Below, in pieces: positions 12,200-22,759 of a stretch of 52,788 nt of DNA. Origin of the DNA: Chiloscyllium plagiosum. Taxonomy: Eukaryota. The stretch lies in assembly GCF_004010195.1 (NCBI RefSeq), contig NC_057755.1, positions 11,370,351 through 11,423,138 of the forward strand, written 5' to 3'. Positions within the stretch are counted from its first letter, which is position 1. Every line of letters starts with the position of its first letter. The notes under the pieces are model-generated. The model was not told the origin of the DNA. It saw only the letters and a program-made list of their open reading frames with translations, and searched no databases. A program made the position numbers and the translations under genes.

Positions 12200-13370
12200 C
12201 CTCCTCTTAAGAAAAAAAGAACCATCATAATGAAAAGATTACATTTTTCTAATTCTTAATCCAATTGCAATGAAATAGATGCATCATTAATCTAAATTAT
12301 ATGTCCATATTAATTTCTGCAAATGTTAATATAACATTCTTAATGCCATTACAATGAAATGCAAAGGTCATTCATCTAAATAATTTTTTCAGATTAATTT
12401 CTGCAAACGCATATATAAAACATTGCAATCTGTCCCATCTTATCTATACTTTGCCTTTAAATCCACAATAATATATCTGCTATCACATTTTCACAATCTG
12501 CAACATATGTGTCTTTGTAAATTTAAAGTCTTTAACATAAGACTGCAGCGAAGTAGTCTCATAATTCTGTCTTTGGTTCTGTCATTGTCGGTTTCAGTGG
12601 TTGAGACCATTCTTCCTGAGAAGGAAGATTGTTTTCCATTACTGCTGATCTGAAATATTAACACTTGTATACAGCAGTCTCAGGTAGTTAACATTTCTAT
12701 TGCACGTTGTGGCTAGACTCAGACACTTCGGTGGGCAGTAGACATTACTGATGTGTATTCTCTCCCCCAAGCCTTAAACTAATAATTTATGCTCTGTGTC
12801 TACTGTGCTGGTATCCTGTTAGCCTCAGGTAGTATCTGTGTATGCTTTGCCGTATTTTTCCATGTAATCGCTCAGTGGCCATCTTGTGTGCTAACAGATC
12901 AATTTATGGCTCAGCGGCCATCTTGTGTCTGTGTGCCCCATGTCAGCGTGTCCCATGCCAATTCCCACTTCACGACATGACCTTCCAATAGTCCACACAA
13001 AATCATTGAGTCCTGTCAGGTTTGGGAACTAATACGATCAACGAACTCTGTGATTAATTTCAATGATATCTTCGTTGAGCATCGCATCCAATTCCTTCTG
13101 GACCTGTGTGGCATTGAAAAGATTAAGTCTGTAGGGGTGTTGTTTGATCATAACAGCACTGCCTACTTCCACCTCATGCACAGCAGCATTAGTCCTCCCT
13201 ATCTTATTCCTGCATATGTTGTCTGACTGCTGCAATAAACTTTCAGTTGCATTCTTTGTTCCTGAGACAGATAGTTTACAAACTGATCCCACTCCTCAAG
13301 GACTTCCTAATTGTTTAATGTATTTTGAAGCACATCAAACTCCACAACATCTGGATTTGTTTTCTTAGTC
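12200..13370 (-). mobile_element. Gypsy (probably Gmr1-like) pol remnant: RT N-terminus and RNase H C-terminus
   Basis: IKQHPYRLN..VQKELDAMLNEDIIE (ORF 13038..13292), IVLVPKPDRTQ*FCVDYWKV (about 12980-13040), ENVIAD (about 12475-12495). Confidence 0.75.
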
Positions 13371-13391
13371 TGTGGGATAGAAACTAATACT

Positions 13392-13490
13392 GAGTTTTGA
13401 GAAGATTTGTAGCTCAGATTAGGGTTTTGGATGTAGGTTTGCTCGCTGAACTGAAAGGTTCATTTCCAGGCGTTTAGTTACCTTACTAGC
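13392..13490 (-). mobile_element. Poseidon-type PLE terminal repeat fragment
   Basis: TTGAGAAGATTTGTAGCTC..GGTTTGCTCGCTGA matches the ends at 20870-20935 (reverse) and 29935-30000. Confidence 0.6.
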
Positions 13491-13742
13491 ATGAGGGATC
13501 TGGATTTGTTTCAAGTCTTGGGTGACTGTCTCTGTGGAGTTTGCATGTTCTCCCTGGTGCTCTGTTTTCTTCCCACAATCCAAACTTCTGCAGGTTAAGT
13601 GAATTGGTCATGGTAAAGTGCCCACAGTGTAGGTTATTCATCAAGGATAAATATAGAGGTCTGGGTGGATTACTCTTTGGAGGGTTGGTGTAGACTTGTT
13701 GGGCGAAGGGCCTGTTTCCACATTGTAGGCATTCTAATTCTA
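13490..13742 (+). mobile_element. HE1-type SINE, 5'-truncated and diverged
   Basis: Core TGTGGAGTTTGCATGTTCTCCC and tail GAAGGGCCTGTTTCCAC. Confidence 0.7.
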
Positions 13743-13889
13743 CTTCACCAGAGCCTGCATCCATGCACACAATCACATAACTTTCCTGTTTAATCAGCAG
13801 TTCCAACCCACCCCCTTTTCCTTGTTGCCTGTATAACCTGCAACCCACTGATTCCAATCCAGAAAAGCTCTGCTGACCAATCTCGAATA

Positions 13890-14330
13890 AATTTACACTC
13901 TTCTGGAAAGAAGATGATGAAAATTGCACAGTATAAGACATGTGATCTCACCAATTCCGTGCACAAATGGTGCAGAATGTCCTTACATTTATGGTCAATG
14001 TCTGTCACAAAAAGATTGTAACCCATTAGCTTTCTTGACTACAATGGTGTATCTGCATCATAACTCTGAGACTAATGCTTTAAATCCCCTGCATCTTGCA
14101 ATTCTGCAGTCATTCTCCATTTAGGCAAATTAAGCTCTTATTTATTCTTTCTGCCTAAGGGAATGACTTCACATTTTCCTGCATATTACTCCATCTACAA
14201 GGAAATTTACCTATTCACTTAAACCTATTCACTCCTGTCTGCAACCTCATTATGTCCTCTGTATAACATATTTTTCCATCTTTAGCTGCCATGACTTTAT
14301 TCCCCTGTTTAATTGATTTATGTAAATTCT
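13890..14330 (-). mobile_element. Old CR1 ORF2 C-terminal fragment
   Basis: LCTELVRSHVLYCAIF in ORF 13790..14026. Confidence 0.6.
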
Positions 14331-14624
14331 AAAAGGTTAGGTATTAGACCTAACCATTTACAAGAGGGGCAAGAGACGCTGGGAATAAAGTTTTTTTCCC
14401 CCCCAGAATTGGTGGTACTGCCGAGTGTTCTGAATTTATGGTTGGAAACGAAGAGAATCAATGAGTCATGTCGGCCAACATACTTCTTTCTGTGCCATAA
14501 CGAATCGCGGGCTGATATCTGCAGCCTGGACTCATAATCAAGGAATCAATAGGATAATTCTGCACTCCGTCCCAGAAAGTTCCACAGTCCCTCTTTCCTC
14601 AGACCTGGACGCATCAAAAGCTCA

Positions 14625-16025
14625 TAGAATCCCGACAGTGTGGAAACAGGCTATTTGGTCCAACAAATCCACACTGACCTTTCAAAGAGTATCCCATCCA
14701 GAACCACTGACACTTCCCTATCACTTTACATAGAACATAGAACAATACAGCACAGAACAGGCCCTTCGGCCCACGATGTTGTGCCGAACATTTGCCCTAG
14801 CTTAAGCACCCATCCATGTACCTATCCAATTGCCACATAAAGTTCGCCAAAGATTCTGACTCTACCACTCCCACAGGCAGCGCATTCCATGCCCACACCA
14901 CTCTCTGGGTAAAGAACCCACCCCTGACATCTCCCCTATACCTTCCACCCTTCACCTTAAATTTATGTCCAATTGTAACACTCTGTTGCACCCGAAGAAA
15001 AAGTTTCTGACTGTCGACTCAATCTATTCCTCTGATCATCTCATAAACCTCTATCAAGTCACCCCTCATCCTTCACCGTTCCAANNNNNNNNNNNNNNNN
15101 NNNNNNNNNNNNNNNNNNNNNNNNNNNNNNNNNNNNNNNNNNNNNNNNNNNNNNNNNNNNNNNNNNNNNNNNNNNNNNNNNNNNNNNNNNNNNNNNNNNN
15201 NNNNNNNNNNNNNNNNNNNNNNNNNNNNNNNNNNNNNNNNNNNNNNNNNNNNNNNNNNNNNNNNNNNNNNNNNNNNNNNNNNNNNNNNNNNNNNNNNNNN
15301 NNNNNNNNNNNNNNNNNNNNNNNNNNNNNNNNNNNNNNNNNNNNNNNNNNNNNNNNNNNNNNNNNNNNNNNNNNNNNNNNNNNNNNNNNNNNNNNNNNNN
15401 NNNNNNNNNNNNNNNNNNNNNNNNNNNNNNNNNNNNNNNNNNNNNNNNNNNNNNNNNNNNNNNNNNNNNNNNNNNNNNNNNNNNNNNNNNNNNNNNNNNN
15501 NNNNNNNNNNNNNNNNNNNNNNNNNNNNNNNNNNNNNNNNNNNNNNNNNNNNNNNNNNNNNNNNNNNNNNNNNNNNNNNNNNNNNNNNNNNNNNNNNNNN
15601 NNNNNNNNNNNNNNNNNNNNNNNNNNNNNNNNNNNNNNNNNNNNNNNNNNNNNNNNNNNNNNNNNNNNNNNNNNNNNNNNNNNNNNNNNATTTCTCACTA
15701 TCCCATGCCTCCTGACTTTCCGCATAAGCCTACCATGGGGAACCTTATCAAATGCCTTACTAAAATCCATGTATACTACATCCACTGCTCTACCCTCATC
15801 CACATGCTTGGTCACCTCCTCAAAGAATTACATTTCCCCTGACTAACGCACCTAACCTACACAGCCCTGAACACTATGGGTAATTTAGCATTGGCAATTC
15901 ACCTAACCTGCATGTCTTTGGATTGTGGGAGGAAACCCCAGCAGACACTGGGAGAATGTGCAAACTCTACGCAGGCACCCAACACTGGAATCCAACCTGG
16001 GTCCCTGGCGCTGTGAGGTAACCAG
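14625..16025 (-). mobile_element. SINE (14625-14729 and 15830-16025) split by a young CR1 3' fragment (14730-15826) that spans the assembly gap
   Basis: CR1 tail TAGAACATAGAACA and FFTQRVVWAWNALP; VDVVYMDFSKAFDKVPHGRL after the gap; SINE halves on both sides; TTACAT at both junctions. Confidence 0.8.
15085..15689. other. Assembly gap (605 N)
   Basis: Run of N. Confidence 1.
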
Positions 16026-16339
16026 TGAGCCATCAGGACTGCATCCTTCAGGATTATTTTGCGCACGATTTTGAATCTCTCGGAGCTTTTCCAGTGATAC
16101 TAATCTCAGAAATCTTGTGCAATAGACAAACGTTTTCATTCGCACGGTGCAGTGTTGGTCAGTGGTGTGACTCTGTTTGATCTTGCTGTAATATCTGGTT
16201 TGAATTGATCATCTGGAGATACTTCCCATTCAAAAGTGCGAATAGAAAAACCTCTTCCCCTTAGTCTAGGACAGAATAGGATGGCTTCTGTGAACTTCCA
16301 TCGCAAGCTTCACTCACAATTCCAGACAGGCCTGTCATT

Positions 16340-16510
16340 CACTGATTGGTTGGAGCATTAACTTACCTTAGGCGTTAGTTTGGTGGAATAACCCGCCCCA
16401 TTCCCACTGACTGGTTGAGGATCAATCCGCCCCATTCCCTTTGATTGATTGGAGGATCATCCCGCCCCTTTTCCCTCTGATTGGTTGAGGGCCAGCCCGC
16501 CCAATTCCCT
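16340..16510. promoter_or_regulatory. Tandem ~34-bp units each with a GC box and a CCAAT-like box; candidate promoter (continues at 17267-17370)
   Basis: CCGCCC at about 16393, 16427, 16462 and 16497, interleaved with CTGATTGG/ATTGG motifs. Confidence 0.5.
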
Positions 16511-16516
16511 CAGGCC

Positions 16517-17265
16517 CAAGGTTAGAGTGGTGCTGGAAAAGCACAGCAGGTCAGGCAGCATCTGAGAAGCAGGAACATTGATGCTTCAGGCAAAAGCCCT
16601 TCATCAGGAATGGAGGCAGGGAGCGTCCAGGGTGGAGATTTAAATGGGGGTAGAGGGGTGGGGAGAAGTAGCAAAGAGTACAATAGGTGAAGTGGGGTGG
16701 TGATGGAGGTGATAGGTCAGAGAGGAGGGTGGAGGAAGGTAGCAAAGAGTAGAATGGGTGGAAACCCCACATACGGGGGGATTCCACCCATTCTACTCTG
16801 GCACAGTGGCACAGTGGTTAGCACTGCTGCCTCACAGCGCCAGAGACCCGGGTTCAATTCCCGCCTCAGGTGACTGACTGTGTGGAGTTTGCACATTCTC
16901 CCCGTGTCTGCGTGGGTTTCCTCCGGGTGCTCCAGTTTCCTCCCACATTCCAAAAAAAATGTGCAGGGTAGGTGAATTGGCCATGCTAAAATTGCCCCTA
17001 GTGTTAGGTAAGGGGTAAATGTAGGGGTATGGGTGGGTTGCGCTTCGGCGGGTCGGTGTGGACTTGTTGGGCCGAAGGGCCTGTTTCCACACTGTAACGT
17101 AATCTAATCTAATCTAATCATTCGAGACACCACCCAGGCCCTCCACCTCCTTCAAGACTTCCGGTTCCCCAGCCCCCAACTCCTCAACTTTGCCATGGGC
17201 ATCCAATCCCTATACACCTCAATCTGCCATGACCAGGGCCTCCAAGCCCTCCGTTTTTTTCCTCA
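16517..17265. mobile_element. Neptune-type PLE insertion (minus pLTR plus RT fragment) with nested SINE
   Basis: GTGGTGCTGGAAAAGCACAGCAGGTCAGGCAGCATC terminus; 17119-17265 encodes IRDTTQALHLLQDF..IQSLYTSICHDQGLQALRFF (PLE RT motif A region). Confidence 0.75.
16800..17119 (+). mobile_element. HE1-type SINE, full length, young
   Basis: GGCACAGTGGCACAGTGGTTAGC..GGTTCAATTCC boxes; (AATCT)4 tail. Confidence 0.9.
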
Positions 17266-17676
17266 TCCCGCCCCATTCCCTCTGCTTGTTGCAGGACCAG
17301 CCTGCCTCTATTCTGTCTGATTGGTTGGAGGACCAAGAGATCTGACTTAGTTTCCCCCCAACCCCGCCCTTTGTTTTCCACTGGTGGAACCGTCATCAAT
17401 CCGGCTGACAGTGTGTTGGAGCATTCCTCGGAATCGCGAGCTGGATTGAATGATCTCAATACCATGCGTGATGGCCGGAAAGAAATGTTCATCTATCTCG
17501 TACGCAGGCAGTGAGTAAAGGTAAAAGCCAGCATTTGTTGTAATATTACAGAAAGAAGAATTAATGACTGCTCAGTTTTGGTTTCAAACCCAAAAAATGG
17601 GTTTTTGGGGCCCATCATTTGAACCGCAGAAACGCTCATGGTTCTTCCCAGAAACAGGTCTCTCGGAAGCAATTTT

Positions 17677-17980
17677 TTAGATTACATGACAGCGTGGAAA
17701 CAGGCCCTTCGGCCCATCAAGTCCACATCGACCCGCCGAAGCGCAATCCACCCATGCCCCTACATTTACCCCTTACCTAACACTACGGGCAATTTAGCAT
17801 GGCCAATTCACCTGACCTGCACATCTTTGGACTGTGGGAGGAAACCGGAGCACCCGGAGGAAACCCACGCAGACACGGGGAGAACATGCAAACTCAACAC
17901 AGTCAGTCGCCTGAGGCGGGAATTGAACCCGGGTTTCAGGCGCTGTGAGGCAGCAGTGCTAACCACTGTGCTACCGTGCC
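17677..17980 (-). mobile_element. HE1-type SINE, full length
   Basis: Reverse complement of the 16800 copy. Confidence 0.9.
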
Positions 17981-18614
17981 ACCCACAGGTTCGTCTATGG
18001 GGATAATGTCATCACAGTAATTGGGTGATGCTGTGTTGCTGTTCCCCCTGGTTCCCAAGGTCCCTCTCTACCACCCCTTCGACCCCCCCCCCCCCCCACA
18101 CACACACACCCTGTTCTCCCCCTCCGTTCTCAATCTGACCTCAATGTCCCCATCTGTGGCTCTGCTGGTTTGTTTGATTACTCCTAGTGGAGAAAAGTGC
18201 AAATGAAGGGGAGTTGGAGCTGGATGTGATAAAAAGCAGCAATCCCACTCGAATCCAACCCCCTGTAAACTTGCAAGTGTCTTAGCAGCCTGATGTCTGA
18301 CTGAATCCTTCCTGCACATGAAGCAGGGGCATACTCTGTCCCCGGTGAGACTGCACCATTAGCTGGCGAGCTCAAGTGGGGAACTGTATACCTGTCATTG
18401 TCCTGATATTTCCACAGCATCTCCATAGTGTCTCTTCTCGTTCAATCATTAGATAAGTTCTAATAAAATGGACAGAACATCCACATAGTTTCTTTCAACT
18501 GTATGCGGCGTGATTTTGTTTCATGCTCAATGAAAGCTCTTTCCACAGCCAATTCACTGGAACACACTCACTCAGGCTGTGTAACTGTATCAGCTCTCTC
18601 TATAGGCGAAAGTG

Positions 18615-18828
18615 GGTACTGCAGACATTGGAGATTCGAGGCAAGATTAGAGTGGTGCTGGAAAAGCACAGCAGGTCAGGCAGCATCCGAGGAGAAGGAA
18701 AATCAATTTTTCGGGCAAAAGCCCTTCATCAGGAGTGAGGTAGTGAGCCTCGGGGTTGGAGAGATAAATGGGAGGGGGGGTAGGCTTAGGGGTTGGTAGC
18801 TGAAAGTGGAATAGGTGGATGGTGATTA
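18615..18828 (-). mobile_element. Neptune-type PLE terminal repeat fragment
   Basis: Same terminus as 16517; decayed hammerhead CTGATGAAGGGCTTTTGCCCGAAA on the minus strand. Confidence 0.75.
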
Positions 18829-18924
18829 ATGAAACAAAAGTAAATTTAACACAGTACATTTTAAAAAAAGTAAGAAATCCGCTGTCTGTATCGTACCACT
18901 CACAGAGGTTGCCGTGTCAGCAAC

Positions 18925-19072
18925 TGACATTGGCGTATGAACAGGGACTTCGGCATGGACATCGGCGCATGTGCAGAATGGCATAAACACTGAGGTGGAT
19001 ATTGGCGCATGTACAGAATGGCAGAAAGACTGGCAGTGGCACGTGCACAAAATGGGAAAACATTGGCGGAAG
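18925..19072. repeat. Degenerate ~35-42-bp minisatellite containing GGCGCATGT(G/A)CAGAATGGCA
   Basis: Units at about 18928, 18958, 18998 and 19037. Confidence 0.55.
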
Positions 19073-19075
19073 CAT

Positions 19076-19280
19076 TAAAAATCACACAACACCAGGTTAT
19101 AGTCCAACAGGATTCTTTGCAAGCACTAGCTTTCAGAGCACTGCTCCATCATTAGGTGGTTGATAAAGGAGCAGCATTCCAAAAGCTCGTGCTCCCATGT
19201 AAACATATTAGACTATAAACTGGTCTTGTGCAATTTTTAACTTTGTGCACCCCAGTTCACACCAGCATCTCCAAATCATG
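19076..19280. mobile_element. Fold-back unit made of two inverted PLE terminal repeats (family of 1600)
   Basis: TAAAAATCACACAACACCAGGTTATAGTC at the left end; GACTATAAACTGGTCTTGTGCAATTTTTA at the right end; centre lies at the decayed hammerhead core. Confidence 0.7.
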
Positions 19281-19479
19281 ATTCCCAAACAATGTACATA
19301 TCCCTTAGTGTGATTAACCATTAAAAACAAAACAAAACGGGAACTGCACTATACCCCTCAGCTCTTCAACTTTGCTCCCCGGTTCAATCGAATGATGGCT
19401 GATCCTTTATCTCCACTCCAACCTCCAATTCTCTCTCCATCCAATGAAGCAGCGGCTGATGAAATTAAACAACTCTATT

Positions 19480-19705
19480 CCAGGAACCAGCAAAACAAAC
19501 GTCATTTACAAAATACTATGCAAGGCCTGTAAATAACCAAACAACATCGAACAGACTGGCAGGAAACTAGCCACCAAGATACACCACCACCAACTAGCCA
19601 CCAAAAGACATGGCCAGCTGTCACTGATATTCTTACACACTGACGAACAAGGACACCACTTTGACTGGGACAACCCATTCATCCTAGGATGGGCTAAACA
19701 GAAGA
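19480..19705 (+). mobile_element. Decayed Poseidon-type GIY-YIG fragment
   Basis: NVIYKILCKACK*..IEQTGRKLATKIH, homologous to 20430-20640. Confidence 0.7.
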
Positions 19706-19929
19706 ATGGATGTCATTTCGGAGGCCTCCAAAGGCATGGAGAGAGTTGACTCTTCTATAATAAAGTTGTGCACAGTTTGTGGAATTGTCATTAATTCAGA
19801 CAGTGGGCACCTATCAAAGTTATCAGGAAACAATTTTTAAACTGCTGAGAATACCATTTATTCTCCCAATTAAACTCTCCACTTCAATAACTGAGCTCAT
19901 TTTGCATTTGTAATCTGGGCCTGATCTCG

Positions 19930-20125
19930 TTTAGTACACTGCTCCTCCAATATGATATGCAGCTCTCATTCACACAGGCAGGTTTGGAATGTGATGTCTT
20001 TGGAACCTGGTTGACTTGTTGCAGTAAATTTTATAAATACTGCGCATTTTCCCCACTGTGCTTCGATGGAGGGTGTGCATTCTGGAGATCTTAGATGAAA
20101 TGTTGGTCAAGCATGTCCTGGATGT
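19930..20125 (-). mobile_element. L2/CR1-group LINE C-terminal fragment
   Basis: MHTLHRSTVGKMRSIYKIYC resembles the SLHHRR.VA..C.IYKMHC motif of such LINEs. Confidence 0.4.
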
Positions 20126-20129
20126 TGCA

Positions 20130-20935
20130 TCAAGACACTGTTCAAAAGGGCCACAACACACTGCAGCACACCAGAACTGCAAAAAGAGGAAGAGGAACAC
20201 CTATACAAGGTATTCGCAAAAAACAGATATCCTCGCAATTTCAGCAACAGATGCCTAAGGGAGAGACAACAGAACGAGGATATGCCGCAATCCAAAGGAC
20301 TAGCCACACTACCATACATCAAGAACATCTCGGAAATGATAGCCAGAATACTGCGACCACAGCACACAAACCAGCAGCCACTCTCAGACAACAACTCACC
20401 AAAACGAAGGACCCGATACCCAGTATGAGCAAAACTAACGTAGTGTACAAAATCCCATGCAAGGACTGCACAAAACATTATATAGGACAAACAGGAAGAC
20501 AGCTAACGATTCGCATCCACGAACATCAACTAGCCACGAAACGACACGACCAGCTATCCCTAGTAGCCACACACGCAGACGACAAGGAACATGAATTTAA
20601 CTGGGACAACACTACCATTATAGGGCAAGCGAAACAAAGAACAGCCAGGGAATTCCTAGAAGCTTGGCACTCATCCACAAACACCATCAACAAACACATA
20701 GACCTGGACCCAATATACCGGCCACTACAGCGCACAGCTGAAACTGACAACCGGAAGCGGCAGGGACAGACCACTATAAATGCCGGAGGAAACACCACAG
20801 AAGCGCTTCACAGGAGGCTCCCAAGCACTGAGGATGTCACCTAGACAGGGGACGAAACGTTTGCAACAAAAACTTCCAGCTCGGCTAACAGAACCACAGC
20901 AACGAGCACCCGAGCTACAAATCTTCTCACAAACT
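20130..20935 (+). mobile_element. Poseidon-type Penelope element, 3' part with intact GIY-YIG endonuclease frame and terminal repeat
   Basis: NVVYKIPCKDCTKHYIGQTGRQLTIRIHEH...AREFLEAWHS...INKH. The true frame runs from about 20360 to 20844; upstream sequence is frameshifted. Confidence 0.92.
20825..20864 (+). ncRNA. Minimal type I hammerhead ribozyme
   Basis: GCA-CUGAGGA-U-GUCACC uagaca GGGGAC-GAAA-CG-UU^UGC; one mismatch in helix II. Confidence 0.7.
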
Positions 20936-20959
20936 TCTTCAGTTTTGTTAAGACTGTAT

Positions 20960-22610
20960 TAATCCAGGTAACAACTTAATCAGGATAAGAAGGAGGTGAT
21001 GCATTTTGGGCGGGCAAGTGAGTGAAAGATTTATGTAATGTATGCTAGTTTCCGCGATAGTATTGAGCAGCAAAGATATTGTGTCGTACAATTCCATACA
21101 TCCCTGAAGGTATCAACAGAGGTAGGCGGGTTGGTAAAGAAGAGATCCAAGATTCATGCCTGCATTAGCTGGGTCATAGAATTTAAGAGCACAAAGTAAT
21201 ACATGGGAGTTTGCAGGGATCAGTTGGTTGAACCTCAGCTATTCACAATGCACATCAAACATTTGGTTGAGGGAATCAAATGCAATATTTCTAAGCATGC
21301 TGATGGCATGAGGCGATGTCGGATTGTGAATTGCAAGAAGGATATAAAAAATCTCCACGTTGATTGAGACAAATGGAGTGAATGGGCAAATATGCGGCAG
21401 ATGAACAGCAATGTGAATAGATGCGAGGTTGTGCACTTTGGTGGGCGAAATGGAAGGCTAGCCTATCTTTTTAAAAGTGTTTAGATGTAAAATATTGATC
21501 TGAAAAGGGACTTGCGCTACCTTTTTTGTTTACTTCTGCGCAGACCTCTGACCTACATGTGCAGCAGCAAGTTCTGAAGCCAGAGGTCAACATTGGGAAT
21601 AGTATTGCCATGCCGATCAGAGACCCCACCAAGTGGTAGCTGCAACATTGGAAGTCATCTGGATCTCCATTGTACTAGTCACTGAAAGCGAATTTGCAAA
21701 AGTATGAGGAAGAGAAATGTTATGTTGACCTTCGTTTCAAATGGATTTGAGTGGAGGAGGAAGGGTGTCCTACCATAGTTGTACAGGGCCTTGGGTAGAT
21801 CTGGTCTCAAACATTGCACAGTATTATGTGCAGTTTTGGAATCTTTACCTAATAAATGACAAACTGAAATTCAGGGAGTGCAGCGAAGGATGATAAGACT
21901 GATCTCAAGGACGACAGGCTTGTTGTGAAAACAGAGATTGGTCGACTGGCATTGTTAGATTAGATTACTTACAGTCTGGAAACAGGCCCTTCGGCCCAAC
22001 ATGTCCACACCGACCCTCCGAAGAGCAACCCACCCAGACCAATTCCCCTACATTTACCCCTTCACCTAACACTACGGGCAATTTAGCATGGCCAATTCAC
22101 CTAACCTGCACGTTTTGGACTGTGGGAGGAAACCCACGCAGACTCAGGGAGAATGTGCAAACTCCACGCAGACAGTTGCCTGAGGCGGGAATTGAACCCG
22201 GGTCTCTGGCGCTGAGGCACTGTGCCATGGAATTCCATGAGGCTTAGGACTATGAGTGGAGATCTCAGTGATATCTATAGAACTCTGACAAGCCGAGACA
22301 GATTGGAAGAATAGATAATTATGCCCCTGGCTGAGAAGTCTAAAACAAGGCGACACATTATTAGGGACAGGCAGGCCACTTTGCATTGAAATGAGAATAA
22401 ATGTCTGCACTCAGACACTTGCGAACCAAGGGAATTCTTTGCCCCTTAAGGCTGTTGAAGCCCAGGCATGAGTACAAATAAGTATTTCTAGAGACTAAAG
22501 ACTTGGAAAGAGAGCAGGATTATGTAGTGGAAATGAAAGATCAGCCATAATTATACTGAATGAGTTGCAAAGGCGATGGTCCAAGGCACGACTGCAGTCG
22601 ATATTTTATA
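20960..22610 (+). mobile_element. Old CR1 RT/C-terminal fragments interrupted by a SINE
   Basis: CEVVHFG motifs near 20995 and 21423; CAGTTTTGG near 21830. Confidence 0.6.
21955..22227 (-). mobile_element. HE1-type SINE
   Basis: TTAGATTAGATTAC tail, conserved core and B box GGGAATTGAACCC. Confidence 0.88.
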
Positions 22611-22759
22611 TTTTTGTCTGATGTTTACTCACTCTAAGAAATATGCACATTATGAGAGGAAAGTGCACTGAAGAGATGTTTGGCCATGAACTAGAATGGG
22701 GCAGGCTCAATGTATTGAGTAGTATACTACTTTTCCAATGTTTCTCTGTACTCTGGGGC

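Noticed and set aside
14965..15846. 293-aa and 249-aa ORFs
   Set aside because: Artefacts of translating through the 605-nt N gap inside a CR1 fragment.
16392..16510. CRISPR-like periodic repeat
   Set aside because: Vertebrate context, tandem units without unique spacers, and no cas genes.
16800..16870. tRNA gene
   Set aside because: The A/B boxes belong to the tRNA-derived SINE head; all such copies continue into the SINE core and tail.
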